Assembly (NCBI GenBank): GCA_030765525.1
Contig: JAVCCK010000010.1
Coordinates: 450,441-514,440, forward strand
Length of the DNA: 64,000 nt
Direction of reading: 5' to 3'
Source: Candidatus Lernaella stagnicola
GTDB taxonomy: Bacteria > Lernaellota > Lernaellaia > Lernaellales > Lernaellaceae
Shown: in pieces, positions 37,729-45,583 of the stretch
Layout: each line of letters starts with the position of its first letter
Numbering within the stretch: the first letter of the stretch is position 1
Program-made: the position numbers and the translations under genes
The notes under the pieces: model-generated
Database searches by the model: none
Told to the model about the DNA's origin: nothing
What the model saw: the letters and a program-made list of their open reading frames with translations, nothing else

Positions 37729-39081
37729 TCACTGGCCTCGCAAGTTCCATTCGCCTTGGCAATAGATGCGGCGGTCGCGCTCGATGTTCGCCGTGGCGCC
37801 CGAATCGTGGTGGCCGATATCGACGGCGATGTCGCCCTTGCCGCAGTTGCGGGCCACGGCCTCGTCCCAAATCAAGCCGTCGCAAGCGGTGATGAAGCCG
37901 ATCAACACATTGCGGCGCGGGATACGCGAGAGGTCGAAACCAAACCACAGGCGAAGTTGCAGCGCCACCGCATCCCACATGAAGCGTAACGCGGCCGGGC
38001 GTAAGAAATGCGGTACGAGACGCAGGCCGAATTTGAGAGCGGGCCACCAGCGCCGCCGTCCGCCGCGGGTGTCGCGACGGAAGTCTTCTAATTTGCGGTC
38101 GAGGCCGTCCTTTTTGATGATCTCGAAAATCGTGCGGTAGCCGCCTCGGCCGTCGCGCACCAGTAAGTAATGTTGATTGTAAAAGCACTTGCGCAAACGG
38201 GTGATGTAGAGCAACGCGAAATAGAGCTTTTGAAAAACGCGAATGTCGTCGCGGTTGATGCGGCCGCCGGTTTGCTCCTCGAGCAGGTCGATCAACTCGT
38301 CGGGCGCCAGCACTTGGTCCTGATCGCCGTCGCGCTGGCGACCGAGCATGCGGCAGCCGAGGAAAAAGATTTCGCGCACAAAGGAATGCCGCACGCCGTA
38401 ATCGAACACTTCACCAAGGGCATGGTCATTGACGCCGCGACAAATCGTGCACTTGAGGTCGGTGGCCACGTCGAGCTTTTCCAGGTTGGCCAACCCCTTG
38501 CGCTTATTCTCCACCAGCGGCTGACCGCGAATGGCCGTGTAGATTTCGTCGGTGAAGCCGTCGAGACCGTAGTGGACTTCCGACAAGCCGGCCTCTTTGA
38601 GTACGCGCAAATATTCGTAGTCGGCGAGTTTGACGCCGTTGGTGTGCAACGAAGCGTAGTTGCCGCTTTCGGCAACGATGCGGATCATTTCCGGCAGGTC
38701 GTCGCGCACGGTGGGCTCGCAGCCCATCAGGTCGATCTTGTGTCGGCGGCGCGTGCGGACGAAATCGCGCAGTTGCTGCATCGGCAAATCGGGCAGGGCG
38801 CGATCATTGGCGCTGGCCAGGCAGATGGGACATTCGAGGTTGCAGCGGTCGGTGGTGCGCAGGATGAAATCGCGCTGCGGGAAGGATTCGTGCATCAGGT
38901 CGAAGTAGAAGCGGTGAAGGTCGGCCATGTAATCGGCGTGGCGCGAAAGCAAGGCTGAAACGAAGCCGTGATCGGGGCACGTTCGCTCGATGCGGAATTC
39001 GCCGTCGCGCACAACAATCTCGCCCGGCATCGGTTTGAGGCACGTGGGGCAGGTCGTGGTTGTATGTCGTAACACTTTCAT
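37729..39081 (-). CDS. radical SAM protein with N-terminal 4-Cys zinc-ribbon
   Basis: CPTC...CPDHG ribbon. Radical SAM cluster motif DRCNLECPIC (CxxxCxxC). TIM-barrel-like GCEPT / LHTNG elements. Stop 1 nt from FGE-protein start. Confidence 0.6.
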   Translation of the reverse strand: MKVLRHTTTTCPTCLKPMPGEIVVRDGEFRIERTCPDHGFVSALLSRHADYMADLHRFYFDLMHESFPQRDFILRTTDRCNLECPICLASANDRALPDLPMQQLRDFVRTRRRHKIDLMGCEPTVRDDLPEMIRIVAESGNYASLHTNGVKLADYEYLRVLKEAGLSEVHYGLDGFTDEIYTAIRGQPLVENKRKGLANLEKLDVATDLKCTICRGVNDHALGEVFDYGVRHSFVREIFFLGCRMLGRQRDGDQDQVLAPDELIDLLEEQTGGRINRDDIRVFQKLYFALLYITRLRKCFYNQHYLLVRDGRGGYRTIFEIIKKDGLDRKLEDFRRDTRGGRRRWWPALKFGLRLVPHFLRPAALRFMWDAVALQLRLWFGFDLSRIPRRNVLIGFITACDGLIWDEAVARNCGKGDIAVDIGHHDSGATANIERDRRIYCQGEWNLRGQ

Positions 39082-39123
39082 TTTGGCGATCTTAACACAA
39101 ACCGGGGCGACGCACAGGCATGT

Positions 39124-40116
39124 CTAATTGACGGGCGCGTTCGGTTCGGACGTGGGGTCCAAAGTGTCTTCGTCGTCCGGCGGTGGGATCTGACGCCGGT
39201 CGATCATGTAATTTGAACCGTCTTTTTGTTTGACCTTTTTTTTGATTTCGTTCGCCGCCGCGGAGAACTGGCCGAAATGGTCGTAGTCGTTGCGCGTGGA
39301 ATCAATACCGGCGATGGAGAGGCTGATCAGCGGAAAACGCCGTGAATTACCCTGGCGATCGACAGATTCGATGTAACCGCGCATGCGGTCTTCATCGTCG
39401 TAGAAGGTCGCCGCCAGCATGTCGTAGTGGACGAGGACTTGCTGGAAAATCGGCTCGCACACCGCCGGATTGACGATCAACACGAAATCGTCGCCCCCGA
39501 TGTGCCCAACGAAACCCTGGCTGTTGGGAAAGTTGCGCACGGTGTTAACCAATACACGTGCCGTCATGCGAATGACTTCATCGCCGCGGGAAAAACCGTA
39601 ACGATCGTTGAAGGGTTTGAAATTGTCGATGTCCACGTGTGCGAAACAAAACGGCATGCGTTGATCGATACGATTCTGTAGCGTCTTAATAATCGTAAAA
39701 TTGCCCGGTAGGCGAGACAAGGGATTGGCGTCCAGATACCGGCCAGACTTGTCCATCGCCAAGCGCACGCGCAGCCGCAGGTCTTCCAAATCAATCGGCA
39801 AGGCCGTGTAATCGTCGATGGGAATGTCGGTGAACGAGGTCTCCGGACGAAGCTGCGCCGGCTCGAAAAGGCACAACACGGCAAGATGGCCGAATACGGT
39901 GTCGTTCTTCAACGTGTTTAAAAACATTTTCCAGTTCTCGCCCTGGGCCGCCAGAATGATCAAATCGGGAGGATCGTTGTATATTTGGCTGAGCGCCATA
40001 TTCGGCGAGGAAAAGAGGTAGCCGAAGTAATCTTCGGTTACCAACATCGCGACGATTTCTTGTCCGCGGTCTTCGTTTGGATCAACCACCAGAATTCGTT
40101 TGCGGACGCGTTCCAT
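39124..40116 (-). CDS. response-regulator receiver fused to GGDEF diguanylate-cyclase domain (motif GGDDF)
   Basis: REC-like N-terminus (RILVVDPNEDRG...DLIILAAQ). GGDEF-domain core DIDNFKPFNDRYGFSRGDEVI ... VGHIGGDDFVLIV. Confidence 0.65.
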   Translation of the reverse strand: MERVRKRILVVDPNEDRGQEIVAMLVTEDYFGYLFSSPNMALSQIYNDPPDLIILAAQGENWKMFLNTLKNDTVFGHLAVLCLFEPAQLRPETSFTDIPIDDYTALPIDLEDLRLRVRLAMDKSGRYLDANPLSRLPGNFTIIKTLQNRIDQRMPFCFAHVDIDNFKPFNDRYGFSRGDEVIRMTARVLVNTVRNFPNSQGFVGHIGGDDFVLIVNPAVCEPIFQQVLVHYDMLAATFYDDEDRMRGYIESVDRQGNSRRFPLISLSIAGIDSTRNDYDHFGQFSAAANEIKKKVKQKDGSNYMIDRRQIPPPDDEDTLDPTSEPNAPVN

Positions 40117-40144
40117 GGCAGGCCCCTTCCGCCGCTGCGGTCAA

Positions 40145-40969
40145 CTATTCGCCCAGTGACTCCAGCTCCGGCTCGAGCTTCTCGACAATGGCGACAAGTT
40201 GCTCGCGGCTGATGGATACGCGTTCGGTGACGGCCGGATTGATTTTTTCGACGGGTGCGTTCGGTTCGGCACCCTGGCCCATGGCTTTGACCATGTTGTC
40301 GCCGATGAACACTACGGCGGTCGCCAACTCAGCGTAAGTGGCCAGTTCCGGCGTATGGTGGAAACTCATTGGCGCGGCAAGGCGCTGCGGTAGGTTCCAT
40401 CGTTCGCACAACCAGAGCGCTACATCCGAGTGCGTAAACCCGATCATGGATTGCTCGGCAATGACGATGGGGCGACCTTTTTTCGATGCCGCCTGAATCA
40501 CCGTCTGGTAGACCTCGGGTTCCATGATCATTAGGACGACCTTGCCGATATCGTGCAGCAACCCGGCCATGCCGATTTCTTCGGCGTTGGGAAGGTTCAT
40601 TTGTTTACATATGATACCCGTGGCCTTGGAAACGGCCAGCGAGTGCTTCCATAACGGACGCCATTTGTCGGCCATGACGTCGAAGACGCTGGCCGATAGA
40701 ATCAATCCCTTGACAACATCGTAGCCGAGCAACACCAAAGCGTGGGTTACCGTCGATATACGTCCCGGAAAGCCGTAAAAGGCGCTGTTGACCAGCTTGA
40801 GGATCTTCATTGCCAGCATCTGGTCTTTGCCGATGGTGTCGCCGATTTGACTCATCGAGATGCGAGGATCCGTGGCCATCTCGTTGAATTTGTCGAGAAT
40901 GCCCGGAAAGGCCGGCAAGTTCTGAAGATTGTCCAGGCGGCTACGAAATGCTTTTTCATCGATGAGCAT
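40145..40969 (-). CDS. HDOD-domain signalling protein
   Basis: HDOD motifs KILKLVNSAFYGFPGRISTVTHALVLLG...AGLLHDIGKVVL. Confidence 0.65.
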   Translation of the reverse strand: MLIDEKAFRSRLDNLQNLPAFPGILDKFNEMATDPRISMSQIGDTIGKDQMLAMKILKLVNSAFYGFPGRISTVTHALVLLGYDVVKGLILSASVFDVMADKWRPLWKHSLAVSKATGIICKQMNLPNAEEIGMAGLLHDIGKVVLMIMEPEVYQTVIQAASKKGRPIVIAEQSMIGFTHSDVALWLCERWNLPQRLAAPMSFHHTPELATYAELATAVVFIGDNMVKAMGQGAEPNAPVEKINPAVTERVSISREQLVAIVEKLEPELESLGE

Positions 40970-40970
40970 G

Positions 40971-41357
40971 CTATTTCACCCGCTGATCTACGCGTTCGAG
41001 AAGAAGCTCTTTCAAATCCTGCCAGAGGGTGGATTTGCCGGCCCGGGCAAAGCGAGCCTCGATCTTTTTCTTCATTTGCTCCGCTAGCGCCTTGTCAACG
41101 GGGTCGTCGGATTCGATCCAGACGACTTCGATTTCCATCTTTTCGAACCTGCGCAGCAAGCGCTCGGTCAATTCCGAGCCCACCGCGGCGAGAGTAACAC
41201 CGGTTTCATTAACGACCGGCTGCGCCAGCACCATGCCGGCCCCAGCCTGGGTCAAGGGTATTTTCCGCAAAGCTGTTCCCCTTAACAAAGAAGCTCCGAT
41301 TCGGTCGCGTGGGTGAGGGAAAAGCAATCGCTTTTCGCGACGAATCGCCGATGACAA
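40971..41357 (-). CDS. hypothetical small protein upstream of HDOD gene (start uncertain)
   Basis: ORF ends 2 nt before the HDOD start. No canonical ATG at the 5' end; internal Met (MVLAQPVVNETG...) possible. No domain recognised. Confidence 0.3.
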   Translation of the reverse strand: MSSAIRREKRLLFPHPRDRIGASLLRGTALRKIPLTQAGAGMVLAQPVVNETGVTLAAVGSELTERLLRRFEKMEIEVVWIESDDPVDKALAEQMKKKIEARFARAGKSTLWQDLKELLLERVDQRVK

Positions 41358-41818
41358 TACCGTTTCCCGGATCGATTTTCAAACCCATTCTTTCGATTTC
41401 GACCCACCAATGTAATACCGCACACCACGACCCTTTCCGATGAGATCGCTAGTATTTATTAAGCGAAGCGATATGTAGCACAAAGCCGCCGCGTTGAAAA
41501 CTCGCGATTTGAACCGAAGCTAAAACACCGCGACCGGTAGAGCGGCAGTTACCACACACATCGCCGGTCCAAACGGTTTGACTCTCCGCCGCGAGCGGCG
41601 CTTCACGCGATAATACCGGCGATACCACCACACCCTTTCTTGACGATGAAAGACGAACGCGGGCCGGGATGCCGGCCGGAAACACCGCCCGGCTTGCTCG
41701 GTTTCCGACCTTCTGGTAGACAGAAGCGACATTTTTGCGGTCGGAGTGTATTCTTTGAACCCGCGGGCGAGGCCCCGGGTCGAAAAGGTTGCCGTAAAAA
41801 CTGAAGGTTAGGGTCTGT

Positions 41819-43552
41819 ATGGCACACCGCATTCTGGGAATCGACATTGGGCACACGGAAATCAAAGCCGTGCTGGCCGAAGTAACGTGGCGCGCCACGA
41901 CCGTCTTGGGCGCGTACGTGGAGCGCGTTCCGTCTGCTGAAGAAGTTCAACATCGCCTGTTACCCACCGAACTTGAACCCGAGACCGAGCCCGCCACGGA
42001 CGACGAAAGTGAAGGCGAAAATTCCGTACGCGACGGAGAAACCGACGCGCCGAGTGAACCGCCGCCACCGTGGGTGTACGCCGTCGGCGACATGCTCAAG
42101 AAACATCGGCTGGAGTTCAACGAAGTCCACGTAACCATGCCGGGCACCGCGGTGACGACGCGGATCATGACGCTGCCCTTTTCCAACCGGCGGCGCCTAG
42201 AGCAGGTTCTGCCCTTCGAATTGGAAAACCACGTCCCCTTCGACTTGGACGAAATGCACGTATCCTTCGAGGTTCTGGATAAGGACCCGCAGGGCGGTTT
42301 CCGCGTGCTGGTTGTGCTGACGCCCAACACGGAGTTGGCGCGGTATGTCGGCCACATCGCCGCGGCGGGGATTGATCCGAAAGTCATCGACGTGAGCCCC
42401 TACACCCTCTTCACCGCCGCCAAGTTGGCGTTGCCGGACGAAATGGGGGCGATCGCGCTCGTGGATTTGGGCGCCACGCACACCGACGTGGCCATTCTCA
42501 ACGAAGGCGAACTTGTGGATTTGCGGTCGATTCCCATCGGCTCGCAACGATTCGATCACGAGTTGGCGCGGGCGATGAAGAAAGACCTGAGCGAAGCGGA
42601 AAAAACGAAAATCGAAAAAGCCGACCTCACTGCCGGCGGCAGCGGGAACGATGTCTTGCGCCGGGCGACGGGGTCCTTAATCAGCCGGTTGCGACAGACC
42701 CTACAGGGCGTGCGCACCGAAACCGGCGTTGAAGTCACCCGTATATATCTAACCGGTCGCGGATCGCTACTCTTGGGTTTGCCTCACTTTCTCGGCGAGC
42801 AACTCACGGTGGAAGTCGACCGGCTCAACGCGTTGGCGAGCGATTTGCCGGTTTCGATCGACGCGAAAGACCCGGCCGACCAGGGGCGTTACGCGGCCCC
42901 CTTGGCGCTGGTCAGTCGCGGCCTCGGCGAGTTGCGCGACATCAAGCTCAACCTGCGGCATGGCCCATTCGTGTATCAACGACAGCAACTCGCGCTGCAG
43001 TCGTCGATTCGCAGCATCGCGATCGTTGCCGGTATCGTGCTGGTGTTGTTGCTCTACAACGTTGTCGCAGGCCACTTACAGAAAAAGCGGCAACACGAAG
43101 CGTTGCAGCAGCAAGTCGTTGCGCTGTACCTCAAAGCGTTCCCGGGCAGCGTGCCGCCGGTGCGACCGCTCGAGCAGTTCAAGGGACAGATCAGCAAGAC
43201 CGTGGCCAAGCACAAAACCGTCGGATTCCTGGGCGAAGATAATTTGCGCGCCATCGACATCCTCAAAGCCATGAGCGAGCACATTCCGCCCGGCGTGACG
43301 GTCGATATCAAGAAATTCGACTTGACGCCCGAGGCGATCAAGATTGAGGGAGAGGTGCCGTCCTTTCCCGATGTGGACCGCATCGAGGAATCGCTGAAGA
43401 AGTTCAGCGGATTCAAAAGCGTGAAGAAAGAAACCAGCAGCACGGTGTCGGAAAAAGTGAAATTCAAGTTCCACATCGGGCTCGTACAGAAAAAGGGCGG
43501 GAAAAGCAAAACGAAAAAGCCCGCCATGACCACGCCGGTGGTGACGCCATGA
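41819..43552 (+). CDS. GspL-like / PilM-PilN fusion-type protein (cytoplasmic actin-like domain, TM, periplasmic domain)
   Basis: N-terminal ILGIDIGHTEIKAVL (PilM/GspL-like). Acidic insertion. TM IRSIAIVAGIVLVLLLYNVVAG. Periplasmic coiled-coil/ferredoxin-like tail with Lys-rich end. Confidence 0.5.
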   Translation: MAHRILGIDIGHTEIKAVLAEVTWRATTVLGAYVERVPSAEEVQHRLLPTELEPETEPATDDESEGENSVRDGETDAPSEPPPPWVYAVGDMLKKHRLEFNEVHVTMPGTAVTTRIMTLPFSNRRRLEQVLPFELENHVPFDLDEMHVSFEVLDKDPQGGFRVLVVLTPNTELARYVGHIAAAGIDPKVIDVSPYTLFTAAKLALPDEMGAIALVDLGATHTDVAILNEGELVDLRSIPIGSQRFDHELARAMKKDLSEAEKTKIEKADLTAGGSGNDVLRRATGSLISRLRQTLQGVRTETGVEVTRIYLTGRGSLLLGLPHFLGEQLTVEVDRLNALASDLPVSIDAKDPADQGRYAAPLALVSRGLGELRDIKLNLRHGPFVYQRQQLALQSSIRSIAIVAGIVLVLLLYNVVAGHLQKKRQHEALQQQVVALYLKAFPGSVPPVRPLEQFKGQISKTVAKHKTVGFLGEDNLRAIDILKAMSEHIPPGVTVDIKKFDLTPEAIKIEGEVPSFPDVDRIEESLKKFSGFKSVKKETSSTVSEKVKFKFHIGLVQKKGGKSKTKKPAMTTPVVTP

Positions 43553-44085
43553 GTTTCAACCTGAACCTGGATGATCGGCAACGTAAGATCGCGCTTTTCG
43601 GCGGCGCGGGCGTGGCGGTGTTGTTGTTCGTGTGGATCGTTGTACTGCCCAAGTTCGGCGTCGGCGGCCTGGATTCAACAATCGACACGAAGGAAAGCGA
43701 GCTGCGCGAGATGGTGCGGCTCTATCAGAATTTCGAGCAGATCAAAAGCGACGTGACGCTCATCGAAAAGAAGATCGCCCGCAATGAGAGTATGTCGCTG
43801 CTTTCGGAATTGTCGGCCATCGCCGACAAAGTGGGCATCACCCAGGGCATCGACTCGATGGTCTCGAAGCAGAGACCGAAAAACGATTTCTACAAAGAAG
43901 AAGCGGTCGAGATACGGTTGCAGAAAATCAACTTGGAAGAGTTGGGCCGTCTCTTGTACGAGATCGAACATTCCACCCAATTGCTACGGGTTCGAAAACT
44001 GCACGTCGAAAGCCGCTTTGACGACAACAGCTTGCTTAACGTGACTGTCGAGGTCTCGACCTTCAAGGAGCGCGAGGAAGAGTAA
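43549..44085 (+). CDS. GspM / PilO-like bitopic periplasmic protein
   Basis: Start overlaps upstream stop (ATGA). N-terminal TM IALFGGAGVAVLLFVWIVVL. Periplasmic coiled-coil plus alpha/beta domain. Confidence 0.45.
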   Translation: MSFNLNLDDRQRKIALFGGAGVAVLLFVWIVVLPKFGVGGLDSTIDTKESELREMVRLYQNFEQIKSDVTLIEKKIARNESMSLLSELSAIADKVGITQGIDSMVSKQRPKNDFYKEEAVEIRLQKINLEELGRLLYEIEHSTQLLRVRKLHVESRFDDNSLLNVTVEVSTFKEREEE

Positions 44086-44112
44086 CTCTTTCAGCGCCAC
44101 CTCGAACGCCCG

Positions 44113-44646
44113 CTAAAACTGAAAACCGAATTGGGCGTAAACCCCTTTGTTCCGCGGCGTGATATAAAGAATCGGCTCGACGCCGTATTTCTCCTGCAAG
44201 TATTTCTTGTACCGTTTTTCCGCGCCGCTGGGCCAACCTGTGAAATACACGCCCGGGGCGATCAACCCCGCGCCGATCACCAGGCCGCCCGCCATGATGT
44301 AATCGCCGGTCTCATCGTTGTACAGACCGATGGCCCCTTGAAAAATGCCCGCCGCCAAACCACCGCCGAAAAGAACGGCGCCCGGAATGAACAACGCCAG
44401 CCCCAGCGTCTTGCGGCGCTTTTTCGCTGCGGCCGCCTGGTTGTACAGGCGCAGCATCTCCAAATCGTTTTCCATCTGGTTCCGGACACCTTCTGGGTAG
44501 TGCCACATGATCGGGCCCTGTCGCTTCGCCATTTGGGTCACGCCGACGTGGGCGTCGGTATCCGGAGAGTCAGCCGCCAGAACGCGAGGCGCGACCGGCG
44601 CGACCAACCAGCAAACAACGAGCAACAACGAGACAGTCCGACGCAT
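44113..44646 (-). CDS. hypothetical secreted/outer-membrane small protein
   Basis: Start taken at internal Met with signal peptide MRRTVSLLLVVCWLVAPVAPRVLA. Gly-rich hydrophobic segment. Ends ...AQFGFQF. Confidence 0.4.
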   Translation of the reverse strand: MRRTVSLLLVVCWLVAPVAPRVLAADSPDTDAHVGVTQMAKRQGPIMWHYPEGVRNQMENDLEMLRLYNQAAAAKKRRKTLGLALFIPGAVLFGGGLAAGIFQGAIGLYNDETGDYIMAGGLVIGAGLIAPGVYFTGWPSGAEKRYKKYLQEKYGVEPILYITPRNKGVYAQFGFQF

Positions 44647-44665
44647 CAACAGGCCTCCGATCGGC

Positions 44666-45580
44666 TTATCGACCGAGCCCTTCGCCCGGCCGAATGGTTT
44701 CGTTCCACTTTGCATAAATCAATTCGGACATCAAACGGTGCCCCGCGACGCCCATGTGCATGCCATCGGCTAAATATAACGTCGCCCCGTGCGGATACGC
44801 AGCCACGGCGGGGTACGTGTCGACAACGACCACGCCGAATCGCTCCGCGGCGCGCCGGAGGCCGTCCAAACGACGGGCGAATTCCTCAGCCTGCAACTCC
44901 GGCCAGATTTTTGCGTGAAAGCCGAAAATGCCCGCGTGAATCGGGTGGCACGTGAACACCATCGTCGGCACGTCAGCCTCCTGCAACGCGGCAAACATCT
45001 CGGTGAGGGCGGCGAGAAAATCAGCCTCATCGACCATCACCCGCGGTCGGTTTTGCGCGTCGACATGAAAAATGCGCCCATCGTTAATCAAGTAGCCGAT
45101 GATGACCAATTGCGGTTTCAGAGACAAAACATCGCGCGCCAGCCTTCGGCGCCCATCTGGGGCGATTTCGCCCGGATTGCCGGCATTAACAACGCGCACT
45201 TCGCCTTCGATTCGAGGGCGCAGGGCTTGTTCGAACAAATGGGGCCAAGCGGTATCGGGTGGAATCATCACGCCGGCCGTCGTCGAATCGCCCAACGCGA
45301 CGACCAGGTAATCCACCCGCGCACCGCGAGCTTGGAAAGAACGTAAATCCGGCGGCGGATCATCACGACGCAGCATGCTCATCCATCCCCGGGCCAGTTT
45401 CCACGTCGGCGGCCAATCGCGAAGTCCCTCGGGCAGGCCCTGAAAAAGCCCCAGAGTCACCATCCCCGCGGCTTGCGGGAAGCGGAAGGAGACCGCCGCC
45501 AACAAAGCGGTCGCGAGCGCGGCGATCACCAGCACGGTTATCAACGCGGCGATCGCCAGACGTCGGAGCCGTCGAGGCAC
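44666..45580 (-). CDS. SGNH/GDSL-family hydrolase (membrane-anchored)
   Basis: N-terminal TM. Block I VVALGDSTTAG. Block III GNPG. Block V DGMHM. Confidence 0.6.
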   Translation of the reverse strand: MPRRLRRLAIAALITVLVIAALATALLAAVSFRFPQAAGMVTLGLFQGLPEGLRDWPPTWKLARGWMSMLRRDDPPPDLRSFQARGARVDYLVVALGDSTTAGVMIPPDTAWPHLFEQALRPRIEGEVRVVNAGNPGEIAPDGRRRLARDVLSLKPQLVIIGYLINDGRIFHVDAQNRPRVMVDEADFLAALTEMFAALQEADVPTMVFTCHPIHAGIFGFHAKIWPELQAEEFARRLDGLRRAAERFGVVVVDTYPAVAAYPHGATLYLADGMHMGVAGHRLMSELIYAKWNETIRPGEGLGR

Positions 45581-45583
45581 GGG

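Noticed and set aside
44131-44955. 274-aa plus-strand ORF across 44113-44955
   Set aside because: Antisense to the secreted small protein and SGNH hydrolase genes. Arg/Pro-rich artefact composition.
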